Assembly (NCBI GenBank): GCA_963755125.1
Contig: CAVWIP010000016.1
Location: 151,604-215,603, forward strand
Direction: 5' to 3'
Source: an uncultured delta proteobacterium
GTDB taxonomy: Bacteria > Myxococcota_A > Polyangia > Fen-1088
DNA: 64,000 nucleotides
In this document: positions 48,016 to 57,163 of the stretch, in pieces
How positions within the stretch are numbered: the first letter of the stretch is position 1
Layout: the number at the start of each line of letters is the position of its first letter
The notes under the pieces: model-generated
Told to the model about the DNA's origin: nothing
Databases searched by the model: none
Seen by the model: only the letters and a program-made list of their open reading frames with translations
Translations under genes and position numbers: made by a program

Positions 48016-49410
48016 ATGCCTGCAAATCGTTGTTCCGCATTTGCTTTCCTGGCCTTGGGGTTCCTATTCCTCACTGGCGCCTGTGTGAATCTGACGCCCC
48101 CGGACGGATTGATGAACCCCGCGGGTGGGCAAGGCGCGGGCGGCGGAGTCGGCGGGACAACGGGCGTTGCGGGCGGTGCCACAGCGGGTGGCACGGGCGG
48201 CGTCCACACCGGCGGCGTGAGTAGCATTGGCGCGGGTGGCGCGGGCGGCGCGAGCAGCATTGACACGGGCGGCTCGGGCGACGCGAGCAGCATTGACACA
48301 GGTGGCTCGGGCGGCGCGAGCAGCATTGACACAGGTGGCTCGGGCGGCGCGAGCACCGGCGGCATAGGGGGTACCACTACGGGTGGCGCGGGCGGCGCGA
48401 GCAGCGTTGACATAGGTGGCTCGGGCGGCGCGAGCATCGGCGGCAGAGGGGGCACCACTACGGGTGGCGCGGGCGGCGCGAGCACCGGCGGCAGAGGAGG
48501 AACGATGACTGGTGGGACAACGGCAACCGGGGGGAGCGCCAGCGCCGGCGACGCGGGGGTTCCGCCCGATGTGCGACCAGTGAACGATGTCGCTCCGCAG
48601 GCAGATGTGACTCGACCACCCGATCCTCCAATGGATGGGCCCGCGGTCCCCGATGTCCCCCAAGTCCCTGACCTGCCCTCTGATGGCCCGGTTGTGATCC
48701 CGGGGCTCGTGCTCTACTACAGTTGCGACCAGATCAACGGCACCACGCTGCCCGATATGTCCGGCAATGGCAACAACGGAACTCTGGTTGGTCCGGTCGC
48801 CGTGGGCGCGGGCAAAGTGGGAAGCGGCGCACTGGTCTTCACCGCCACCAACGACGTGGATGCGGCGGCGTCGGGTGGATACGTGGCAATGCCGGCGGGG
48901 ATCCTTTACACGTCTACCAACATGACGATTGCCACTTGGTTCAAGATCAACAGCAACCTACAATATCAACGAATCTTCGATATTGGTGGTGTGGATGGCA
49001 CGGGTGCCGCGACCGCATCCATGTATCTCACGCCAAATGGCAATACCGGCCACCTTCAGTTCACCATTCGGACGGCTCAACCCGACGGAGGTACCTTTAC
49101 TAGGGAGGACATCACTGATGGGACACCGACTGGGACACCAACGACGATGTCCACAGGCGTGTGGTGGCATGTGGCAGTGGTGCTCGATTCCGCCGGTGGC
49201 CACTTGTATCTGAATGGCAACCAGGTCGGCAGCACCACGCCGATCACGATGCGTCCCCCCAGCTTGGGTAACACGCCCAACGACTGGATCGGGCGCTCGG
49301 AGTTTGTCGCGAATCCGTACCTCGACGGCGCGATCGACGAGTTCCGCATCTACAATCGCGCGCTGACCGCAACCGAGATCTCTGCACTTTACACCTACGC
49401 CGGCCACTAG
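48016..49410 (+). CDS. LamG/concanavalin-like jellyroll lipoprotein with Gly/Ser/Thr repeat stalk
   Basis: Lipobox LTGAC; D.SGNG..GTL, TIATW, WWHVAVV, LY.NG, G.IDEFRIYNRAL...EI. Confidence 0.85.
   Translation: MPANRCSAFAFLALGFLFLTGACVNLTPPDGLMNPAGGQGAGGGVGGTTGVAGGATAGGTGGVHTGGVSSIGAGGAGGASSIDTGGSGDASSIDTGGSGGASSIDTGGSGGASTGGIGGTTTGGAGGASSVDIGGSGGASIGGRGGTTTGGAGGASTGGRGGTMTGGTTATGGSASAGDAGVPPDVRPVNDVAPQADVTRPPDPPMDGPAVPDVPQVPDLPSDGPVVIPGLVLYYSCDQINGTTLPDMSGNGNNGTLVGPVAVGAGKVGSGALVFTATNDVDAAASGGYVAMPAGILYTSTNMTIATWFKINSNLQYQRIFDIGGVDGTGAATASMYLTPNGNTGHLQFTIRTAQPDGGTFTREDITDGTPTGTPTTMSTGVWWHVAVVLDSAGGHLYLNGNQVGSTTPITMRPPSLGNTPNDWIGRSEFVANPYLDGAIDEFRIYNRALTATEISALYTYAGH
48211..48495 (+). repeat. 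Coding 33-bp tandem repeats (GGSGGASSIDT-type)
   Basis: Repeated ggctcgggcggcgcgagcagcattgacaca units. Confidence 0.8.
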
Positions 49411-49498
49411 CAGGTCGCAGCCGTCGCCGCCTGCGCTGTGGGGTTTCGCGCACCGAGCCTTCCCGCTGTGGCGCGATCGGGGTAAAAGGCGGGCGGGC

Positions 49499-51337
49499 AT
49501 GCGGAAACCAAGTGCCAAGAAGAAGCCCGAGCCGTCGAGCCGGGCAACCGCCAGGAGCGAAGGCCGTTTGCCGGCGGCGCCCGAGCCGCGATCGGTTTCC
49601 CTTCTCTGGTGGCTCGCGGTGATCCTGACCTGCTGGTCTTTTGGTTTCACCACCATGCAAGACACGGACCTCTGGTGGCATCTGGCCGGCGGTCGCTGGA
49701 TCGCGCAGACCCGCACGCTTCACTTTGCGGATCCTTTCTCCTTCACCTGCCACGGACGGCACTGGTTTCATCCCGAGTGGCTGTCGGACGTCATCTTCTA
49801 CGCTTGGGCCAAGTTCTTGGGCACGGCTGCTCTGGTCTGGCTGAAGTGGGGCCTGGTGGTCGCGACCTTCGGCCTGCTCTTCCGTTTGTTGCGACAGATC
49901 GGCGGCCATTCGCCAGCCGCCTATCTAGCCATGCTGGCCGCCATTGCCGTGGGCGCTCCCTTCTTCGACATACGGCCCCAGCTCCATACCTTTCTGGGCT
50001 TCGTGGTGGTTCTCTCCTTCGCGCTGCCCTTGTCGCGCAGGCTGTGGATCCTCCCGCTGGTCCTCATGCTGTGGGCCAACCTGCACAGCGGCTTCTTGCT
50101 GGGGTTGTTCACCATCATCATGGTGCTTGTGGTTTCGTTTTTCTACGGCGAGATTCCGCGGAAAGCGGCCACCATCGGACTGGCCTGCCTGCTTGCCTGC
50201 TTCGTCAACGGCAATGGCAGCGAGGCTCTCCTCTGGCCCATCCGATTTGCCCAGGACAACCATTCGCCCTTTCTTCGCGTGGCCGAGTGGTTGCCGCCGT
50301 ACGAGCCGGGAGGCATCCGCAGCAGCCTCTACTACCCGTCGATTGCCGCCTTCGTGGTGTCTGGGTTGATCGTGCTGGTTTCGGGCACCTACAGGCGACA
50401 GCCCCGCCTCACGTTTTCCAGTGCAGCCATCGGGCTGGTCACGCTGTTTCTGTCCACCAGAAGCCGCCGCTTCATTCCGCTCTTTGCCATTTCACAGAGT
50501 CTGCTGCTGGCGCCGGCGCTGGCGGTGGTCTTCTCGTCGCTGCGCCGGCTCGTGGTGGGCCGCATGCCATGGCTCGACCGACCGCGCGTCTGGCAGATCG
50601 CCCTGCCGGTCGCGGCCGTGCTCTGCGGGGGCCTGCGACTGGCGCCCTTTCCCCTCTCCGGCAACGCCTTCCTCTACCTGACCAATCTGGACAGCTTCCC
50701 GGTGGAGGCGATGAATTTGATCGAGACGAACCAGATTGAAGGCAAGGTCTTCAGCTTGTACAACTGGGGTGGCTACATCGATTGGCGAACCCAAGGACGC
50801 ATGCAGGTGTTCATCGACGGCCGCGCCGGCACGGTATTTGACGAGAAGACCTACCGGCAGTACCTGCAGGTCGTGCGCCTGCACGACAGATGGCAGGACG
50901 TGATTGAGGACTCCGGCTCCGATTTCCTGCTGTGGCCCCGTCGCTACCCGAAACAGATCGAAGGGCTGCGCAAGTCCGGGCGCTGGCGATCGCTGTACTC
51001 CGACCACGTGGCGACCCTGCTGGCCCGCGCGGACCTTCCTCTGGCCAAGCCGCTCTTGCCTACACCCGATTCGCCATGGCGGGATCTCACGCTGGGCTGG
51101 TCGGCATCGAGCGCCCGCGACTACGCCACGGCCGAGGGCCATTTCCAGCGGGCCTTGCACGGGATGCCGAACCTGCGCCCGGCCTGTGAATGGCTTGCCA
51201 ACGCACAGGCGCAATCGGGCCACATCGCCCAGGCTGAAGCGACCGTGGACCGCTGTCAGCGCATGTTCCCGGATTCCGCGCGCCGCAAGCAACTTCTGGA
51301 TCTCTTCCACGCCCGATCAGGCGAATTGATGCCCTAG
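49499..51337 (+). CDS. Multi-pass membrane protein with C-terminal TPR, possible GT-C glycosyltransferase
   Basis: DTDLWWHL..GRWI, DPFSFT, EWL, RPQ, LWANLHSG, YNWGGY, FIDGR motifs; many TM helices. Confidence 0.65.
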   Translation: MRKPSAKKKPEPSSRATARSEGRLPAAPEPRSVSLLWWLAVILTCWSFGFTTMQDTDLWWHLAGGRWIAQTRTLHFADPFSFTCHGRHWFHPEWLSDVIFYAWAKFLGTAALVWLKWGLVVATFGLLFRLLRQIGGHSPAAYLAMLAAIAVGAPFFDIRPQLHTFLGFVVVLSFALPLSRRLWILPLVLMLWANLHSGFLLGLFTIIMVLVVSFFYGEIPRKAATIGLACLLACFVNGNGSEALLWPIRFAQDNHSPFLRVAEWLPPYEPGGIRSSLYYPSIAAFVVSGLIVLVSGTYRRQPRLTFSSAAIGLVTLFLSTRSRRFIPLFAISQSLLLAPALAVVFSSLRRLVVGRMPWLDRPRVWQIALPVAAVLCGGLRLAPFPLSGNAFLYLTNLDSFPVEAMNLIETNQIEGKVFSLYNWGGYIDWRTQGRMQVFIDGRAGTVFDEKTYRQYLQVVRLHDRWQDVIEDSGSDFLLWPRRYPKQIEGLRKSGRWRSLYSDHVATLLARADLPLAKPLLPTPDSPWRDLTLGWSASSARDYATAEGHFQRALHGMPNLRPACEWLANAQAQSGHIAQAEATVDRCQRMFPDSARRKQLLDLFHARSGELMP

Positions 51338-51343
51338 ACGCCC

Positions 51344-52348
51344 ATGTTTCGCTTTGGAATTCTCAGCACCTCCCACTTCGCGATCAACCGCATGATCCCC
51401 GCGATCCAGGCGGGACACGACACGTCCGTCCTGGCGATCGCATCGCGCGACGGCCGCAGAGCCTCTGAGGTGGCGCGCGAACTGGGCGTGGAAAGGGCCT
51501 ACGACTCGTACCAGGCCCTGCTGGCTGACAAGGACATCGACGCCGTGTACAACCCGCTGCCCAACCACCTGCACGTGCCGTGGTCGGAGCGCGCCGCCGC
51601 GGCTGGCAAGCACGTCCTGTGCGAAAAGCCCATCGCGCTCGACGCCGCACAAGCGCGTCGGCTGATTGCTGCCCGCGAGCAGAACCGCGTGCTCATCTGC
51701 GAAGCCGCGATGGTGCGCGTCCACCCGCGCTGGCTGGCCGTGCGCGATCTCATCCGGCAGAAGACCATCGGCGAGCTGCGCTCCTTCGTCGGGACGTTCG
51801 GCTACCGGCTAGGCTCGCGTGACAACGTCCGCTACGATCCGGCGATGGGCGGCGGCGTCCTGCTCGACACCGGCTTCTATCCAGTCACCATGAGCCGCTT
51901 CTGCTTCGACGATGAGCCAACCGCGGTCGTGGCCCGGGCCGAGCGCGACCCCGAACGCGGCGTGGATCGTTTGACCAGCGCGATCCTCGAGTTCCCGCAA
52001 GGCCACGCCATCTTCACTGTTGGCATGGAGACCTTTCCCTTGCAGCGCGCCCAGCTCATCGGAACCGGCGGCCACATCGAACTCGTCAATCCGTGGAATC
52101 CGCCGGGCAACTCCCCGTCGGAGATCGTGGTCAACACCGGTACGAGCCTGGAACAGCCGACGCCGCAGCACCTCTCGTTCGATCCCACGGACCAGTACAC
52201 CGTGCTGGCCGAACGCTTCGCGCGCGCCGCTGAAACCGGCGGGCCCAGCCCGGTTCCGCTGGAAGATTCGATCAAGAACATGGCGGTACTGGATGCGCTC
52301 GGACGATCTGCCGCCAGCGGGCGTGCGGAGTCAGTGGAGCGCGGCTGA
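51344..52348 (+). CDS. Gfo/Idh/MocA-family oxidoreductase
   Basis: FGILST, DAVYNPLPNHLH, GKHVLCEKP, GGG.LLD.G.Y. Confidence 0.92.
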   Translation: MFRFGILSTSHFAINRMIPAIQAGHDTSVLAIASRDGRRASEVARELGVERAYDSYQALLADKDIDAVYNPLPNHLHVPWSERAAAAGKHVLCEKPIALDAAQARRLIAAREQNRVLICEAAMVRVHPRWLAVRDLIRQKTIGELRSFVGTFGYRLGSRDNVRYDPAMGGGVLLDTGFYPVTMSRFCFDDEPTAVVARAERDPERGVDRLTSAILEFPQGHAIFTVGMETFPLQRAQLIGTGGHIELVNPWNPPGNSPSEIVVNTGTSLEQPTPQHLSFDPTDQYTVLAERFARAAETGGPSPVPLEDSIKNMAVLDALGRSAASGRAESVERG

Positions 52349-52360
52349 TCAGCCGTTCGC

Positions 52361-54673
52361 CTACCTCCGGCGGTGCCGGCCGCGGCCTCGGCCACGCGAC
52401 CCTTGCGCCACGTGAGCCGACTCTTCCCGCGCGGTTGCATCTTCCTCTGGCCCATCGGAACCAAAGGCGACAGCAACAGGGCCGGCCAAAGCCAGACGGC
52501 GCTGGGTGAAGAACTCCCAGGCGATCGCGATGAACACGATGAGCGTGGCCACCGACATCAGGGTGTACTGCTCGTCGAGCCAGGTGGGCATGCCCTTGAG
52601 CGGAGCCCAGGCCACGAACTGGGTGAAAGCGGTGAGCAACAGCAGGCGTAAAGCGAGCCGTTCGCTCTTCACACACAGCAAAGCCACGACAATGATGAAG
52701 GAGTAGTAGTAGCAGGTCAGCTCGACCCCGAAAGGAATGAAGGTCGCCGAGAGCGCCAGCGCAGCCCACGGTTCGGCTTCGCGCACGGCAAGGCCCAGCA
52801 ACACCAGGAAGGCGACCACCGCGGCAAAGTACACCGCCTTCGACCGCCGGAAACTGTCCAGCCGCGCCTGCTTCCATTTCACCCACGGGTCGGTCTGACC
52901 CTCGCTGCGCATCATGCGGCCAGCCTCCGACGGCCGGTAAGCCACCACCGTGCGCAGGCCCATGTTGTTGGTCAGCGCGGTCCCCGAGTGCTTCATCGTG
53001 TTGCGCACGAAATTCTGGTAGGTGTCGGCGCGCCCGACCACTGCCATGCCCGCCGGAATGAGTAGAGCCGCGCCCAACGCGGCGCCGGCAAAGAAGCGCA
53101 GGTAGGTTGGGTGGAGCTTGCGATGCCGGATGAGGTGATAGCCGGCCGCCAGCACGGGCGCGACAAAGAGGAAGATGGGGAAGATGCGCAGAAGGGTCGA
53201 ATACGCCAGTGCCAGTCCCGCCAAGACCGGGTGCTGCTTCTTGAGCAGGCACGCGCTCGCGATCATCCAGAACAACCAGTCCCAGCGCAGAAACGCACCC
53301 CCGGTCCAATAGAATCGCGACGGGAAATTGGTGGCGAAGACCAGCAGCGCCACCGCCAGCACACGCCAGCCGAACGCCCACGCAATCATCAGACACCCGG
53401 CGGTCAAATAGACCGAGTCCAGTGCATTGAGAATGTAGATCTGGGTCTTGCTGGCAGGCGCCAGGTTGGCAAGCAGCGAACCCGCGATATTCCACACCGG
53501 GGTGCCGTTGAAGCCGTGGTCGGTCTGCGCGTCGTCCCAGCGACGCGCGTTCTCCAGCGTGCGAAAGTAGGCCAGGTCGTTGTGAAACGACTGCCAGCGC
53601 TCGGGAGTAAAGTGCTGCTTGCAGCGTTCCGGATGCGCCAGAATGTCGGCGGTGGTTTCCAGAATATTGGTGCGCAGATTGGTGAGCTTGCGCAGTTCGA
53701 CCCGGCGGCGCAGCGTCGGCAGTTCGGAATCGGCCACCGCCACGCACTCGTACAGCCGATCGTAGCTCAGCTCGCGCGAGTACTTCGACCCGATGTAGTA
53801 GTGAAAGGTGTCCCAGCCGTGAATGAAGTTGGGGAAGTGGAAAGAGCCGAAGTTGAAGTAGGTCAGAAACGCGACCAGTCCCAGCACCGCCAGGATGGCC
53901 CGGCGTACTCTTCCCCTGACCCGGCTGAGCCCAAGCGCCGTGGCCGCGTTCTGCACAAAACGGACAAGCGAGTCCACGATGCCGGGGGCCTTCTCCTTGG
54001 GCTCGATGGCTGCGCCCTTCGACACCCATTGGTCCCACCACAAGAACAGCAGCCCCAGCAGGGCCAGCACCAGCTCCCAGCGTGCACTGGCAATGTCGTC
54101 CCAGTAGACCTTGGCCACCACCGCGGGCGGGGCGTCCACCACCCGCATGTGAGCCGGGAACGGCGTGGGCTTCTGGCAATAGGCAGCGACCTCGGAGATC
54201 GAGTACGAGTTGTCGCCCACGCCCTCGCCCACGCGCAGATAGCGTAGCGCCGCGCCCCCGGTTTCGATGGTGCGCATGCGTAGGCCGTGGTTGGGCACCG
54301 GGTTGATGTGTCCCAGCACGCGGTAGTCGCGACCGTCAAGCGAACCCCAGGCCGTGTAGGTATCGTTGGCGTCAGCCTGGATGGCCAACGCGCTGACGGT
54401 CGTGGCCGCGCCCAGATCCCAAGTCACAGTCGACGCGCTGGTGTCGAACAGCACCGCCGGCGGGGCGTCCCACGCGGCGCCCTCGGGTGCCACAGCCTCG
54501 TCTGTGAGAAGCGCCAGATCGCGGCGCGTGTCCTGCCAGCTTGTCGGTCGCCGTCCGGCCAGCAGATTTCCGGCGGGACAGGCCGCGAGCGGTGAGTAGT
54601 CTTCCGCGCGGGCCCCGGGCGAGGCAACAACGCCGGCTAGCAACGGCAGCAGGGCGCAAAAGGCGCGCGACAT
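52361..54673 (-). CDS. Membrane protein with N-terminal discoidin-like domain and GT-C/GT87-like multi-pass domain
   Basis: Signal peptide, WDLG/QAD.ND.Y beta-sandwich, HYYIGSKY..EL.Y, DHGFNG.P, WTGGAFLR.DW, LRIFP; many TM helices. Confidence 0.6.
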   Translation of the reverse strand: MSRAFCALLPLLAGVVASPGARAEDYSPLAACPAGNLLAGRRPTSWQDTRRDLALLTDEAVAPEGAAWDAPPAVLFDTSASTVTWDLGAATTVSALAIQADANDTYTAWGSLDGRDYRVLGHINPVPNHGLRMRTIETGGAALRYLRVGEGVGDNSYSISEVAAYCQKPTPFPAHMRVVDAPPAVVAKVYWDDIASARWELVLALLGLLFLWWDQWVSKGAAIEPKEKAPGIVDSLVRFVQNAATALGLSRVRGRVRRAILAVLGLVAFLTYFNFGSFHFPNFIHGWDTFHYYIGSKYSRELSYDRLYECVAVADSELPTLRRRVELRKLTNLRTNILETTADILAHPERCKQHFTPERWQSFHNDLAYFRTLENARRWDDAQTDHGFNGTPVWNIAGSLLANLAPASKTQIYILNALDSVYLTAGCLMIAWAFGWRVLAVALLVFATNFPSRFYWTGGAFLRWDWLFWMIASACLLKKQHPVLAGLALAYSTLLRIFPIFLFVAPVLAAGYHLIRHRKLHPTYLRFFAGAALGAALLIPAGMAVVGRADTYQNFVRNTMKHSGTALTNNMGLRTVVAYRPSEAGRMMRSEGQTDPWVKWKQARLDSFRRSKAVYFAAVVAFLVLLGLAVREAEPWAALALSATFIPFGVELTCYYYSFIIVVALLCVKSERLALRLLLLTAFTQFVAWAPLKGMPTWLDEQYTLMSVATLIVFIAIAWEFFTQRRLALAGPVAVAFGSDGPEEDATAREESAHVAQGSRGRGRGRHRRR

Positions 54674-54680
54674 GGGAGCC

Positions 54681-55265
54681 TCAGCCTAGCTTGTCCAGCG
54701 CCTGCGCATAGCCGGTGGCGAACGCCCGGGTGTAGCCCCATGCGCTCACGTAGCTGGCCAACAGGCCCAGCCCGATGATGACGTAAGCGGAGTAGGCCAC
54801 GTATGGTTCCAGAGTGGGCAGAGCGTTCGCAACCGACAAGAAGGTCGGCAAGAAGCTCCACATGATGAGGTTGGACTTGGCCTTGCCTGCGATGCTGCTG
54901 GGGATGTTCATGTGCGCCGCTGCCATGAACCGTCGCACCGAGGCCACCCAGAACTCGCGCAGCAGATACGCACAGATGATCACCGGCGGGAAGAAGTGCT
55001 GAACCGTGGCGATGACGATCAGGAATGATTCGAAGCAGAGGTCGCAGAATTGGTCGAGGATCTCACCCAGCCGCGTGACCTGTCCGGTGCGGCGAGCGAT
55101 GTAGCCGTCGAGGTAGTCTGTCACGCCCGCCACGATCGACAGCACGATGCCCAAACCGTGGTTGAGATAGAAATAGACGATAGCGCCAAACAGGATCAGC
55201 AGGATGCGCGACAACGTGATGACGTTCGGCACGGTGCGGAGGTCACGCCCGATGGTGGATCCCAT
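54681..55265 (-). CDS. CDP-alcohol phosphatidyltransferase (PgsA-like)
   Basis: PNVITLSR, TDYLDGYIARR..QVT.LG..LD..CD signature. Confidence 0.9.
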   Translation of the reverse strand: MGSTIGRDLRTVPNVITLSRILLILFGAIVYFYLNHGLGIVLSIVAGVTDYLDGYIARRTGQVTRLGEILDQFCDLCFESFLIVIATVQHFFPPVIICAYLLREFWVASVRRFMAAAHMNIPSSIAGKAKSNLIMWSFLPTFLSVANALPTLEPYVAYSAYVIIGLGLLASYVSAWGYTRAFATGYAQALDKLG

Positions 55266-55566
55266 GACATTTGCATAGCACAGATGGCCGCTTGCCGTTG
55301 AACGCCGACCGCCCGAGCTGGGATTCGGAGCAGGGCCGGGCGGAGACGGGAACGGAGACGGGTTCCGCAACACCGCACAGGCATCAACACTCCCGCAAGC
55401 GCTTGTCGGTCGTGGTCAGCGATGTCCACCGCCGTGGCCACCGCCAAAGCCGCTCAACGCCAAAGAAATTAGGGATAAGGCCCCCATCCCTCCGCCCCGG
55501 CCCCCTACTCCGACCCGGGCGTCACCCGATTGGCCTTTGCCGGCCAGATGCCTGTAAGCTTGGTCC

Positions 55567-56892
55567 ATGTTCAGTCCGAGCACGGCGCTGGCCCTGACCG
55601 CCCTGTTGGTTGCGGCGAACGCCTTCTTCGTCGCCTCCGAATTCGCCATCGTCAAGATCCGACCGACCCTGGTCAAGGAGCTGGTCGGCAGAGGTGGCCG
55701 CCGCGCCTGGCTGCTGTCAGGGATCACCGGCCATCTCGATTCCTTCCTGTCTGCCAATCAGTTTGGCATCACCCTGACGTCTCTAGCTCTTGGCTGGCTC
55801 GGCGAACCAGCCGTGGCGGCCCTCATCCAGCCCCATCTCGGATCCCTCGGCCGCTGGACCGGACTCGCGATCCAGTCGCTGGCGCTGGGCATAGGCTTCG
55901 TACTCATCAGCTTCTTGCACGCGGTGCTGGGCGAGCTGGTGCCCAAAGCGGTCGCGTTGCAGAGGACGGAGCCGGTTGCGCTGTGGGCCGCCGCGCCCCT
56001 GCGCGTCTTCTACCTCGTGACCTTCCCCTTCATCTGGGCGCTGACCACCGCGGCCAATCTCTTCCTGCGCGCGCTGCGCCTGCGGCCGGCCTCCAGTGCC
56101 GAGATGTTGCACTCGCCCGACGAACTGCGCCTGGTTCTGCAGCACGTGGACCTGGACCCCGGCGCGCGGCGGCTCATCGACCGCGTGTTCGACTACACCC
56201 ACCGGGTGGCCCGCCATGTGATGACCCTGCGCCGGGACGTCGTGGTACTGGAGGAAGGCCGACCTTTCGACGAGAATGTGCAATTGGCCACTGCCAATCA
56301 GTACACGCGCTATCCCTTGGTCGAGCCGGGCACCGACAAGGTCATCGGCTACGTGCATTTGAAGGACATCGTGGCGGCGCTGGCCGCGGGTCGAACGCCC
56401 AAGCGCATGCGCGAGATCGCGCGCGAGCCCATCTACTGCTCGGAAGAGACGCCCAGCGAATGGCTGCGCCGCGAGTTCCAGCGCCGACGGGTCCACATGG
56501 CGGTGGTGCTGGGCACCAACAACGAGTTTCTGGGAGTCGTCACACTCGAGGATCTGCTGGAGGAGTTCGTGGGCGAGATCCAGGACGAGCAGGACGTGGG
56601 CGAGTTGCCGCCCATCATGCACGGAGCCGAGGGTCGCTTCGAGGCCGACGGCCGCCTGACCCTCGACGTGGCAGAGCGAGAGCTGGGCGTGGCGCTGCCA
56701 GAGCTGCGCCCCGACATCGAGACTCTGGGCGCGTATGTGCAGTCCCACCTGGGCCACCCTCTGCGGCCAGGCGGCGCCGTCGACCTCGGGGGATTTCGCT
56801 TCACCGCCCTCGAGATTCGCGACGGCAAGATTCGCCGCTTGCGCGGCGAGCCGCTGTCCCACGAGGATGAAGGCGAGACGCAAAAGGAGTAG
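55567..56892 (+). CDS. CNNM/CorC-HlyC family (hemolysin-like) CBS-domain transporter
   Basis: NAFFVASEFAIV, GELVPK, YTRYP, G.VTLEDLLEE.VGEIQDE, C-terminal CorC domain. Confidence 0.92.
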   Translation: MFSPSTALALTALLVAANAFFVASEFAIVKIRPTLVKELVGRGGRRAWLLSGITGHLDSFLSANQFGITLTSLALGWLGEPAVAALIQPHLGSLGRWTGLAIQSLALGIGFVLISFLHAVLGELVPKAVALQRTEPVALWAAAPLRVFYLVTFPFIWALTTAANLFLRALRLRPASSAEMLHSPDELRLVLQHVDLDPGARRLIDRVFDYTHRVARHVMTLRRDVVVLEEGRPFDENVQLATANQYTRYPLVEPGTDKVIGYVHLKDIVAALAAGRTPKRMREIAREPIYCSEETPSEWLRREFQRRRVHMAVVLGTNNEFLGVVTLEDLLEEFVGEIQDEQDVGELPPIMHGAEGRFEADGRLTLDVAERELGVALPELRPDIETLGAYVQSHLGHPLRPGGAVDLGGFRFTALEIRDGKIRRLRGEPLSHEDEGETQKE

Positions 56893-57032
56893 CCGGACGA
56901 AGGAAGATGTGAATGCCCGGCCAGGGCCACGTCTACGACCACGAACGCCTGCGTCTATCGCGGGATTGCGCGCTCACGACGCGGCTTGCGAGAAGGCTGC
57001 CCCCATGTTAGACGAGCGAACCGCGAAACTAC

Positions 57033-57108
<76 letters not shown>

Positions 57109-57163
57109 CCGTTGGCACTTGGGTGTTCTCGGTGGTTCGCAGGCTCGCGTCGAAGGAGACAAC

